From the IMG/VR virus record IMGVR_UViG_3300044632_001278: a stretch of DNA of 64,000 nt; one strand, given 5' to 3'. The DNA is from a virus. The stretch's first letter is position 1, and every line of letters starts with the position of its first letter. Shown piece by piece: positions 49,600 through 58,981 of the stretch. A program made the translations under genes and the position numbers. The notes under the pieces were generated by a model. The model was not told where the DNA came from, made no database searches, and worked only from the letters and a program-made list of their open reading frames with translations.

Positions 49600-50247
49600 A
49601 TGAAAAGAGCATTAGGTAAAAGCAATCTTGATATTGTTAAAGATTATGTTGATGGCGTTCGTCCATTCGTCCAAGTAGGATATGATTCTAATTTGGAAAA
49701 TTCAACCCGTAAAGAAGGTGAAGAGTGGGAGGATGGTCAAGGACGTAAATGGGTTTGGAAAAATGGTAGTAAACGTAGAGTTCAAAAACGCGCTACGATT
49801 ATCAATGAACAACGTTGTAAATGTTGTAAGATGGATGTTCGTTGGGGCAATTATTTAGATGATCGTGTTTGGCCCAAAACAGGATATTGCTACGATTGTT
49901 TTATTGATTTCCAAACAAATCTTAAATTAATCGGAATGTTCGACGTATATAACGAACTTCAGGATTTAAAAAATGAACGTAGTATTTTGGAAGATTATAA
50001 GAAAAAGTTTGAAGAAAGTAAAAAGTTCTGCGAAGAAAATCAAGGAAAACCAGTTGAATTCTTAGAAGAAGATGGTTCATTTGAAAGATGGGAAGGCATT
50101 CAAGATTATAATAAAATACTAGAGGATCTAAATAAAGATTTAGAACTACTCTATAAACGTTTAGAAGAACTAAACGCTAAGATAAAAGATTACGAAGAAA
50201 AGTATGAGTCAGCCAAATCTAAGAGAAATAATAAAGCAAGAGTATAA
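49600..50247 (+). CDS. Hypothetical protein with a CxxC...CxxC Zn finger and coiled coil
   Basis: CKCC...CYDC; overlaps the terminase start. Confidence 0.7.
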   Translation: MKRALGKSNLDIVKDYVDGVRPFVQVGYDSNLENSTRKEGEEWEDGQGRKWVWKNGSKRRVQKRATIINEQRCKCCKMDVRWGNYLDDRVWPKTGYCYDCFIDFQTNLKLIGMFDVYNELQDLKNERSILEDYKKKFEESKKFCEENQGKPVEFLEEDGSFERWEGIQDYNKILEDLNKDLELLYKRLEELNAKIKDYEEKYESAKSKRNNKARV

Positions 50248-51793
50248 GAAGTGTATTGAGGATCCAATATACTTTATGAAAAAGTATGTTAAGATCCAAC
50301 ATCCTATTCGTGGTACTTGTAACTTTGAATTGTTTCCTTTTCAAGAGACAACTCTATCAGACTTCGTAGATAATAGTCTTAATATTGTATTAAAAAGTCG
50401 TCAGATGGGTATTAGTACTCTTACAGCAGCTTATAGTTTGTGGTTAATGACATTCCATAACGATAAGAATATTCTTTGTATTAGTATTACTCAAGAAACC
50501 GCAAAAGAAATCGTTACCAAAGTTAGATTTGCTAATGATAACTTGCCGTCTTGGTTAAAAGTTCCCTGTGTAGAAGACAATCGTCTTTCATTACGTCTAA
50601 AAAATGGATCGCAAATCAAAGCAGTATCATCTGCTGGTACCGCTGGTCGATCATCCGCACTATCTTTACTAATCATTGACGAAGCTGCATTTATTGACGG
50701 TATTGAAGAAATTTGGTTGTCATCACAATATACACTGTCTACTGGTGGTAGAGCTATTATATTAAGTACGCCAAATGGTGTTGGTAATTTCTTTCATAAA
50801 ACGTGGGTAGAAGCTGAAGAAGGTAAGAACAACTTTAAAACAATACGATTACCATGGCATCTACATCCAGAAAGAGATCAAGCTTGGAGAGATAAACAAA
50901 CAGAATTGTCAGGTGTAAAAGGTGCAGCGCAAGAATGTGATTGTGATTTTAGTACATCTGGTAATCAAGTTGTGAGTATTGATATTTTAGAGTTTTATAA
51001 ACAAACTTATATTAAAGATCCAATTGAAAAACGTGGTAATAATCAAGATTTTTGGATATGGGATTATCCAAATTATAGTAAAAATTACATATTAACGGCC
51101 GACTGTGCGAGAGGAGATGGAGCAGATTATAGCGCATTTCATATCTTTGACATAGAAACATTGGAACAAGTTGCGGAATATAAAGGACAATTAACTACCA
51201 AGGATTATGGAAACTTGTTGGTAAGTGTTGCAACTGAATATAATAATGCGTTATTAGTCGTGGAAAACAATAACGTGGGTTGGGCTACACTTCAACAAAT
51301 TATAGATAGAGATTATCAAAATACATTTTATAGTGCAGCTGATTTAACTGTTATAGATGTGGAAAAAACATATACTAATAAATTAAATTCGGCGGACAAA
51401 AAATTAGTGGCCGGATTTACAACCACTAGTAAAAATAGACCATTAATCATTAGTAAACTAGAAAACTTTTTTAGAGAAAAAGGTGTTATAATCAAGTCTA
51501 AAAGACTTTATGAGGAATTGAATGTGTTTATATGGAATGGAGCTAAAGCTGAGGCTATGAAGGGATATAATGATGATTTAGTTATGTCACTAGGCATTGG
51601 ATTGTGGATTCGTGAAACAGCTTTAAAACTTAGAAACGAACAAATAGCTTATAATAAAGCAATGGTTTCTAAAATATCAAAAGTAACAAGTCAAATAACT
51701 GTGCCAAAACAAGTAAGCACTGTACCTGATCATCAAAAGACGATGGAATTTACTGTAAATGACAAAAAAGAAAGTTTAACTTGGTTGTTGTAA
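50204..51793 (+). CDS. Terminase large subunit (gp17-like)
   Basis: KSRQMGIST, LLIIDEAAF, STPNG, ADCARG..DYS, VENN and DDLVM motifs. Confidence 0.97.
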   Translation: MSQPNLREIIKQEYKKCIEDPIYFMKKYVKIQHPIRGTCNFELFPFQETTLSDFVDNSLNIVLKSRQMGISTLTAAYSLWLMTFHNDKNILCISITQETAKEIVTKVRFANDNLPSWLKVPCVEDNRLSLRLKNGSQIKAVSSAGTAGRSSALSLLIIDEAAFIDGIEEIWLSSQYTLSTGGRAIILSTPNGVGNFFHKTWVEAEEGKNNFKTIRLPWHLHPERDQAWRDKQTELSGVKGAAQECDCDFSTSGNQVVSIDILEFYKQTYIKDPIEKRGNNQDFWIWDYPNYSKNYILTADCARGDGADYSAFHIFDIETLEQVAEYKGQLTTKDYGNLLVSVATEYNNALLVVENNNVGWATLQQIIDRDYQNTFYSAADLTVIDVEKTYTNKLNSADKKLVAGFTTTSKNRPLIISKLENFFREKGVIIKSKRLYEELNVFIWNGAKAEAMKGYNDDLVMSLGIGLWIRETALKLRNEQIAYNKAMVSKISKVTSQITVPKQVSTVPDHQKTMEFTVNDKKESLTWLL

Positions 51794-51814
51794 ATACTTA
51801 TATACTAGAATAAT

Positions 51815-53716
51815 ATGGCAGATAAATCTTTTCAAGAATTACGCAATCGTTCATTATTTGCACGTTTGAAACGTTTGTTTTCAAATGATGTAATTGTTCG
51901 TAATATCGGTGGTAAAAAATTAAAAGTAATTGATACTGACGAAATTCAGTATGCTACAGATCGTAATAGTTTAAGAGATCGTTTTAATAGATTACGCACC
52001 ACTTCATATAATCAATACACAAGAGATTTCAATTTATCATATCAAAGTAGTCGTGTAGAACTATTTCGTGATTATGATACAATGGATATGGATCCAATTC
52101 TAGCATCTGCATTGGATATCTATGCAGATGAATGTACAACTAGAAATGAAATGGGTGAAGTAATTCATATCAAATCATCCAACGATGAAATCAAGCAAAT
52201 TCTACACAATTTGTTTTATGACATTTTAAACATCGAATTCAATCTTTGGAGTTGGACTCGTTGTATGGTCAAATACGGAGATTTTTATCTACGTTTACAT
52301 ATTAGCCCTGAATATGGTGTTTATTTGGTAGAACCATTGAGCACTTATTATGTAACCCGTGTAGAAAACGCACATTTATCAAATAAGAATTTTGTTAAGT
52401 TCCAAGTCAACCTTCCATATGGTAATAAACTAGAAGATCTGGAAAATTATCAAATTGCACATTTTCGTTTGTTGAGTGATAGTAACTTTTTGCCATACGG
52501 AAAAAGTTCTTTAGAAGGTGCTCGTCGCGTATGGAAACAATTGAGTTTGATGGAAGACGCAATGTTAATTCATCGTATTATGCGTGCTCCTGAAAAACGT
52601 ATTTTCAAGGTTGACATCGGTAATATTCCTCCAAATGAAGTTGATAACCATATGCAACGCATTATGGATCAAATGAAAAAAGTACCATATTTGGATCAAC
52701 AAACAGGCGACTACAATTTAAGATTCAATTTGCAGAACATGGTAGAAGACTTTTTCTTGCCAGTTCGTGGTAGTGATAGTGGTACAAGTATCGAAAACTT
52801 GTCTGGTCTAGAATGGACAGGTACTGATGATATTGAATATCTGCGTAACAAAATGATGGCAGCGCTTAAGATTCCCAAAGCATTTTTAGGTTATGATGAA
52901 AGTCTAAGCGGTAAAGCTACATTGGCAGCTGAAGATATACGTTTTGCTAGAACTGTTCAACGTATTCAACGTATTATTGTAAGTGAGTTAAATAAGATTG
53001 CGGTTATTCATTTATATTCACAAGGATATAGAGATGAATCGTTGGTCGATTTTACATTGGAATTGACCAATCCATCTACTATCTTTGAAAAAGAAAAGAT
53101 CGACGTATATAAAAGCAAAGTCGAACTCTCCAAAGATATGCAAGAACAAAAAGTATTTTCTAAGAAGTGGATCTATGAAAATATTTTTGGTTTATCAGAT
53201 CAAGATATGATTGAGTTGCAAAAACAACTTATCGATGATGCTAAAGGTACATATAGATTTAAACAAATCGAAGAAGAAGGCAATGATCCAGCATTATCAT
53301 TCTTAAACAAGGACGATAAAGAAGGAGCCGGTGGATCCGGTGGTGGGCCAGGTGGTGAACCAGGCGGCGCCGAGCCAGCTGGCGGTGAGCCAGGCGGAGA
53401 ACCGCCAGGTGGAGGCGAACCAAAAGGTGGTGAAACTGGTGGGGAAAAATCAACACCCCCAAAATTAGCAGAACGTGATCAAACTGGTAGAAAAGATGCA
53501 CGTGATTATCGATTTGGCGAAGATCCATTGGGTACATTAGAAAACAATAGACGTAGTGATTTGTCTGTGACGCACAAGTATAAAAACAAGTCTCCGCTAT
53601 CACTAGAATCTATTAAAGGATTGACCGATGTACTAAAAACTTTAGACCAAGAAAAAGAAATATTACGAGAGGGAAGTAAAAAATCTTTTATGGATGAACA
53701 AAATATAAAAGAATAG
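51815..53716 (+). CDS. Portal protein (gp20-like) with a Gly/Pro/Glu-rich C-terminal extension
   Basis: ALDIYADE, KYGD, LMEDAMLIHRIMRAPEKRIFKVDIGN, EDFFLP, ALKIPK. Confidence 0.96.
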   Translation: MADKSFQELRNRSLFARLKRLFSNDVIVRNIGGKKLKVIDTDEIQYATDRNSLRDRFNRLRTTSYNQYTRDFNLSYQSSRVELFRDYDTMDMDPILASALDIYADECTTRNEMGEVIHIKSSNDEIKQILHNLFYDILNIEFNLWSWTRCMVKYGDFYLRLHISPEYGVYLVEPLSTYYVTRVENAHLSNKNFVKFQVNLPYGNKLEDLENYQIAHFRLLSDSNFLPYGKSSLEGARRVWKQLSLMEDAMLIHRIMRAPEKRIFKVDIGNIPPNEVDNHMQRIMDQMKKVPYLDQQTGDYNLRFNLQNMVEDFFLPVRGSDSGTSIENLSGLEWTGTDDIEYLRNKMMAALKIPKAFLGYDESLSGKATLAAEDIRFARTVQRIQRIIVSELNKIAVIHLYSQGYRDESLVDFTLELTNPSTIFEKEKIDVYKSKVELSKDMQEQKVFSKKWIYENIFGLSDQDMIELQKQLIDDAKGTYRFKQIEEEGNDPALSFLNKDDKEGAGGSGGGPGGEPGGAEPAGGEPGGEPPGGGEPKGGETGGEKSTPPKLAERDQTGRKDARDYRFGEDPLGTLENNRRSDLSVTHKYKNKSPLSLESIKGLTDVLKTLDQEKEILREGSKKSFMDEQNIKE

Positions 53717-53772
53717 TATAATTCCTACATATTTAACCACATTGATTATATTTATAAATAATAATAAATAAT

Positions 53773-54651
53773 ATGCACAAGAAAGCAAAACATTCGAAAT
53801 TCAAGAATGCTGGAATATTGTTTGAACTACTCACTAGACAAATAACAGCCGACATTCTAGCGGGGAGAGATGAATCATTTACCAAAAATCTGATGTTCAA
53901 GTATTTTCACGAAAGCAAAGAACTAGGAAAAGAAGTGCAACTTTACAATTTCATCCTACAACAAAAAAGCAAAGATGCTTCTTCCGCTGAACGTCTTTTG
54001 AATGTTGTTTTGCAAACACGTTCCAAACTAGATGAACGCGAATTGAACAAGCAAAAGTACAACATAATTAAAGAAATAAAAGAGAAGTATAATATAGACG
54101 AATTTTTGAAAAATAAAATTCCAAATTATAAGTTATACGCCTCTATATACAAATTATTTGAAGATCAAGATAAAAGTGAAGTCAAGTTTGATGTATCTGA
54201 ATTGTTAGAATCAAGAGAATATATTGTTGAGAGCTTAACAAAAGAAAAGAAGTCAGAACAAGAAATGATGGATGTTTATGGAAATCAAAGTGCTGAAGTT
54301 AGATTGTTGGCCTATAAATTCTTGATTGAAAACTTCAATACCAAATACAACAATCTTTTGCCAGATCAAAAGAAACTTCTAAAAGAATATATTACTAATG
54401 TTTCCAACTCCAGTAAATTTACAAAATACGTCAACGAAGAGTACAAGAGAATAAGTGGAGTATTAAAAGATCAAGTGAAGAATGTTACCTCTGAAGTGGT
54501 TAAAATTAAAATAAATGAAGTTATTAGTCAGTTTTCAACAAAATCTTGTGTTGGCGTAATTAAAGAAAATCAATTGACTTCATTGTTAAATGTATACGAA
54601 TTGATAGAAGAAATTAAAAAGATTGATGTCAAAAATGAAGCAAAATCTTAA
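53773..54651 (+). CDS. Hypothetical head-assembly-region protein
   Basis: Long helical ORF between portal and protease; TATTTATA upstream. Confidence 0.75.
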   Translation: MHKKAKHSKFKNAGILFELLTRQITADILAGRDESFTKNLMFKYFHESKELGKEVQLYNFILQQKSKDASSAERLLNVVLQTRSKLDERELNKQKYNIIKEIKEKYNIDEFLKNKIPNYKLYASIYKLFEDQDKSEVKFDVSELLESREYIVESLTKEKKSEQEMMDVYGNQSAEVRLLAYKFLIENFNTKYNNLLPDQKKLLKEYITNVSNSSKFTKYVNEEYKRISGVLKDQVKNVTSEVVKIKINEVISQFSTKSCVGVIKENQLTSLLNVYELIEEIKKIDVKNEAKS

Positions 54652-55627
54652 ACAAAAGATTAAAAAGATTTTAACCAACCTAAAGGTTAAAAATGAAGCT
54701 AGTACAACAGGTACCGCACCTGTTGCTTCTGGTCCAGTTGCTGTTGGTGGTGACGCTGCAAGAACTCCATTTGCTTTTTCCAAAAGAGGAGCAAGACCAG
54801 ATACATACACACAATTGGGATATAAATTAGCTAAGCCAATTAAAAGAAGTCCTAATTATAAGTTGGAAAATCAAATGTATAGTGAACCAGCATATAGTAC
54901 TCCTGCTCAATCAATTGAATTGGGAGATACATATACAGATAAAAATGGATTGGTTCAACATAATGATCCAAATTTAGATCCAAATTTGATTGGTTATAAA
55001 CAAGGAAGTTTACCATTTACTGAAGGTTTTAATGGTTTAAAATATGAACAAGAAGGTCAGAAAGCTTCTGTTCCACAACCGTCACCTGCTCAACCTCCAA
55101 CTCAACAACCAAAGCAAGCCGAACCTTCACCATCTGTAGATTTAAAAACATATGATGTATTGCCTGATTTTACAGCATTTGATACCAAGTTAAAAGGTTC
55201 AACCGAGGCATTAAAGAACAATCTACAAAAAACAATCCAAGACAAAATTTTAGGTAAGAAAATCGTAGTTAGAGCCAGTAAAGGATATAAACAACCTGAG
55301 ACAGATTATACTATAAATGTAACTGGTGTTGCTATTGATTATTACTACGACAGATACGTTATTATAATAATTGGTCGTGAAGAAAATAAACAAAAAGTAG
55401 CTAAATTTTTCATCAAGCCAGGATTTAAACTTAAAATTTTAGGTAATGCTGATAATTTGAAACCAAAAGATCAATATCAAGTTGCTAAATCAAAAGCATT
55501 GGTTGACCCTCAAAGTCAACAAAATGTTGTTCCACAAAACACAATAACCGCAGATAAGCAAGACGCAACTGTTGCAAATCAACCAGATCAATCAAAACAA
55601 CCAGGAACAACACAACCTAAAGCTTAA
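54635..55627 (+). CDS. Hypothetical protein with Pro/Gln-rich linkers; putative prohead core/internal protein (start uncertain, 54623-54635)
   Basis: KNE-AS site, TPFAF motif; position in the head module. Confidence 0.65.
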   Translation: MKQNLKQKIKKILTNLKVKNEASTTGTAPVASGPVAVGGDAARTPFAFSKRGARPDTYTQLGYKLAKPIKRSPNYKLENQMYSEPAYSTPAQSIELGDTYTDKNGLVQHNDPNLDPNLIGYKQGSLPFTEGFNGLKYEQEGQKASVPQPSPAQPPTQQPKQAEPSPSVDLKTYDVLPDFTAFDTKLKGSTEALKNNLQKTIQDKILGKKIVVRASKGYKQPETDYTINVTGVAIDYYYDRYVIIIIGREENKQKVAKFFIKPGFKLKILGNADNLKPKDQYQVAKSKALVDPQSQQNVVPQNTITADKQDATVANQPDQSKQPGTTQPKA

Positions 55628-55634
55628 CACATAT

Positions 55635-56237
55635 ATGAAACAAGTATTGATAGACATATTACCATTTGAATTTAAAAAGACATCTTTAAATGAATCTCTT
55701 AAAGATGGAAAACTATACGTAACCGGCGTATTACAACGTGCGGATGCAAAGAATCAAAATGGAAGAGTGTACCCAGAAGATGTACTAAAGCGTGAAGCTG
55801 AAAAGTATATGCAAAACTTCGTAAAACAACGTCGTGCTATGGGTGAGTTGGATCATCCAGAAAGCAGCGTGGTTAACTTAAAGAACGTTAGTCACAACAT
55901 TGTTGATATGGGTTGGGAAGACAAAGATTTGGTTGGAACAGTTGAAATACTGCCCACACCAAGTGGTAATATTCTTAGAGATTTATTGCAATCTGGAATT
56001 TTATTAGGTATTAGCAGCAGAGGATTAGGCAGTGTTAAAAAAGATATGAGAGAAGGTGCCGACATTGTACAAGACGATTTTGATTTGATCGCATTTGACT
56101 TTGTAAGCAATCCTAGTACACAAGGTGCCTTTATGTATCCTCAAGGCAAAATCAATGAAAGTGTAGAACAAAGAACAATTGTCAACCCATACGGTAATGT
56201 AGAAAGAATTATTCACAACATTCTATCAGAATTATAA
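55635..56237 (+). CDS. Prohead core protease (gp21-like); probable start 55635
   Basis: NQNGRVYP, GELDHP, VSH, TPSG, GISSRGLGS, FDFVSNPS. Confidence 0.95.
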   Translation: MKQVLIDILPFEFKKTSLNESLKDGKLYVTGVLQRADAKNQNGRVYPEDVLKREAEKYMQNFVKQRRAMGELDHPESSVVNLKNVSHNIVDMGWEDKDLVGTVEILPTPSGNILRDLLQSGILLGISSRGLGSVKKDMREGADIVQDDFDLIAFDFVSNPSTQGAFMYPQGKINESVEQRTIVNPYGNVERIIHNILSEL

Positions 56238-56249
56238 TATTTATAAAGT

Positions 56250-56681
56250 ATGAAATTAAAACATTTACTAGAAAATTCCACTGAAGTAGCTTATAGTCCA
56301 CTTACCAAAGAAGAAAAGTCAAAAATGGTTGGTGCTATTAGATCCTATAATGAATATCGCAAGGGATTAAAAGCCGATTGTGTATATGAAACTGCACAAA
56401 AAATTATGGAGGCTGTTAATCTAGCAGAACGCTACGCAATTAAAGAATGTGGCGACTGGATGCAAGCCAAAATGGTTGAACGTGATATGAAAGAAATCAA
56501 AAGAGACGCTGCCAAAATGTATGAAGAAGCCAACAAAATGAAAGAAATTGAAAAACAACTTGAAATGTTGTATGAACAAGTTGGTATGAGATTGGAACGT
56601 TATTTTGAAATTGCCGACCAAGTACACACTGATCCAAAACCACAAGAAGGCACTATTAACTCATCGGTATCGAATCAATAA
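56250..56681 (+). CDS. Hypothetical coiled-coil protein, putative head-associated
   Basis: MKLKHLLE N-terminus; TATTTATA 4 nt upstream. Confidence 0.7.
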   Translation: MKLKHLLENSTEVAYSPLTKEEKSKMVGAIRSYNEYRKGLKADCVYETAQKIMEAVNLAERYAIKECGDWMQAKMVERDMKEIKRDAAKMYEEANKMKEIEKQLEMLYEQVGMRLERYFEIADQVHTDPKPQEGTINSSVSNQ

Positions 56682-57114
56682 ATTCCAACATTTTATCGAA
56701 CGATTCAAAAACGTATCTTCTATTTGCTTCTATCACATAACCTTCGTCTGTTTTATAGACGAAGGTTTTTCTTTTCTCGTTGACCATATCTAAAGATGGA
56801 ACTTCTATTTCAGAAAACATTCTGTATTCATCATCTATACGAAAATTCATTTCACCCAATATATCAATTTCCGTAAAATCCCATCCGTTTGGATTATCTA
56901 TATCTTCTAACTTAAACATTTTTTCTTCTTCAAAATTATCATTGTTTATAAAGTTAATTAATTTTGGAGACTTATAATTGTTGTAGCTATTATTCATAGA
57001 ACGCACATCTGGGTTGGAATATGGAGTTTCGTCCCCAGTTCTTTTTATAAACTTATAATTGTCTTTTGTGGAATTCATATGTTTAGCTAGATTTGGATTG
57101 AAATTATAGGCCAT
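56656..57114 (-). CDS. Hypothetical protein (152 aa)
   Basis: ORF coupled to 57104..57697. Confidence 0.65.
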   Translation of the reverse strand: MAYNFNPNLAKHMNSTKDNYKFIKRTGDETPYSNPDVRSMNNSYNNYKSPKLINFINNDNFEEEKMFKLEDIDNPNGWDFTEIDILGEMNFRIDDEYRMFSEIEVPSLDMVNEKRKTFVYKTDEGYVIEANRRYVFESFDKMLEFIDSIPMS

Positions 57115-57697
57115 AAGAGTTAATTCTATCTATAAAGTCAGATAGGGTTTTTGTTTGTTCAGAATCTTTATTCTTATCCAAAGCAGTACTTAACATACTG
57201 AATATTTCTTTGTCTGGTTTATCAGGATAAGATCTTTGAATAAAACAAGCATATACAATTAAATTTTCATTTTTTTGATCTATGAGCTTTTTAAACACAT
57301 ATTTCTTGGTACTACCATTACTAAATATTTCAGTTTCTATTTTTGTATTTTCTGGTGGGTTAGGAATAAAATTTGTTTTTCCAAATCCACTAAATCCCGC
57401 TTGTTTACTTTGAAAAGTTAACATTTCTTTTTTAGTAAACGCAATACCTTCATTTTCTTTTAGCACTTGGTTAAATGATTTGCCTTTAATGATATCAAAA
57501 TCACTTAATGAATATTCTGCTTCATTAAGACTTTTCAATATTTCTTTCAATTTAACAAAGTGTTTTACACTACTTGGTTTGATGGTACGTGCCATCTTAC
57601 GAACTTGTGGTGAAACTTCTTTTGATTTGATTCCACCTTTTTGTAGTGCTCTTACCAATCTAAATAGTCTGGCTTGTTTTTCGCTTTTTGCAGGCAT
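57104..57697 (-). CDS. Hypothetical protein with an MPAKSEKQ N-terminal module and internal KLKEILKSLNE motif
   Basis: ORF; TATTTATT 5 nt upstream on the minus strand. Confidence 0.7.
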   Translation of the reverse strand: MPAKSEKQARLFRLVRALQKGGIKSKEVSPQVRKMARTIKPSSVKHFVKLKEILKSLNEAEYSLSDFDIIKGKSFNQVLKENEGIAFTKKEMLTFQSKQAGFSGFGKTNFIPNPPENTKIETEIFSNGSTKKYVFKKLIDQKNENLIVYACFIQRSYPDKPDKEIFSMLSTALDKNKDSEQTKTLSDFIDRINSYGL

Positions 57698-57852
57698 ATA
57701 TCAATAAATATAAAATATTTTCATTTGTTTCAATTTTAAATTATATTTATTATTCAAATACATCATTCTTTGATGTCACATACATTTATCTTCTTTGGAG
57801 TTCTTCAATAGCTTCACCAACAAATAACAATAAGAAAGGCAGAAATATAATT

Positions 57853-58929
57853 ATGAGCGATCTATTAAAAGAAAGCATTGCGGATGCAAAGGCTGTACGT
57901 GAAACAGCATTGGCAAATGCAAAGACCTTCCTCGAAGAAAGTTTTGCAAACAGTATGAAAGAAATGTTTGCAGATAAACTCAAGGAAGAAATGGCAGAAG
58001 AAACCGAAGCACCAGAAGGTGAAGAAGGCAAGATTGAAGAAAAACTTGCATCTTCTAACATTGGTAAGGATGACAGCAATGTTGCTACAAAACAACACCC
58101 AACCAAACCATCACCAGCTTCAAATAAAAACACAACTCCAGCAGGTAAGCAAGAATTCGACGTAAAGCTTGAAGAAGAAGCTGCCGTTGAAGAAGGTGCT
58201 GAAGTAACTAGTGAAGAACTAGACGAAATTCTAGCAGAACTAGAAGGTGAAGTAGTATCCGAAGGAGATTCCGACGATGCCGGTGAATCTGATGATTCAA
58301 TGGAAGAAGAAATTAATCTAGACGAACTTCTAGCAGAACTAGAAGGCGAAGATCCAGCAGCTGCACCAGCACCTGCTCCAGCTCCAGAAGCTCCTGTTGC
58401 TCCAGCCGCTCCAGCTGCTGAAGTACCAGCTCCAGCCCCAGCTCAAGTTCCATCTCCTTCAGAAGGTGAATACTCAGAAGAAGTATCCGCTGAAGAAATG
58501 GCAGAAGCTCTAGTAGCTATCAACGAAGAAAACGAACAACTAAAGTCTCAATTGAGCGAACACATCAAGACTGTAAAGTATTTGAAGAGTGTTCTATCTG
58601 AAACAAATCTATTGAATGCTAAGTTGCTCTACACCAACAAATTGTTCAAAGGTAAAGCTCTTACCGAAGATCAAAAGTTGAAGATCATCAACACTTTCGA
58701 CTTGACCAAGAATATTCGTGAAGTCAAGTTGGCATATACAGTTTTAGCCGAATCACTTAATTCCGGTGCATCAGTTGTCAAGAAAAAGACCAATACAACT
58801 GCTCAAACTATCACCGAAGGTTTGGCAAGCAAACCAGTATCCAGTACAAAGCCTGATTCTACCATTGTAGAACCTCAAGCTGAAGTAATGGCTTCAAGAT
58901 TCCAAAAACTCGCAGGAATCAAGAAGTAA
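57853..58929 (+). CDS. Prohead scaffold/core protein (gp22-like); probable start 57853
   Basis: Very acidic coiled coil directly upstream of the major capsid gene; GAAAGG upstream; C-terminal RFQKLAGI. Confidence 0.85.
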   Translation: MSDLLKESIADAKAVRETALANAKTFLEESFANSMKEMFADKLKEEMAEETEAPEGEEGKIEEKLASSNIGKDDSNVATKQHPTKPSPASNKNTTPAGKQEFDVKLEEEAAVEEGAEVTSEELDEILAELEGEVVSEGDSDDAGESDDSMEEEINLDELLAELEGEDPAAAPAPAPAPEAPVAPAAPAAEVPAPAPAQVPSPSEGEYSEEVSAEEMAEALVAINEENEQLKSQLSEHIKTVKYLKSVLSETNLLNAKLLYTNKLFKGKALTEDQKLKIINTFDLTKNIREVKLAYTVLAESLNSGASVVKKKTNTTAQTITEGLASKPVSSTKPDSTIVEPQAEVMASRFQKLAGIKK

Positions 58930-58981
58930 TTAGTTTGCGAGTAAAAACCTAACAGTAATTAATATAGAAAGAAACAAAAAT

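Noticed and set aside
49600-50247. Terminase small subunit
   Set aside because: Only the position supports it; no recognisable gp16/TerS motif, so left as hypothetical
57688-57852. ORF-track N-terminal extension of the scaffold (likewise 46941, 47727, 55572)
   Set aside because: The extensions run through promoter or intergenic sequence or upstream genes; downstream ATGs have better initiation context
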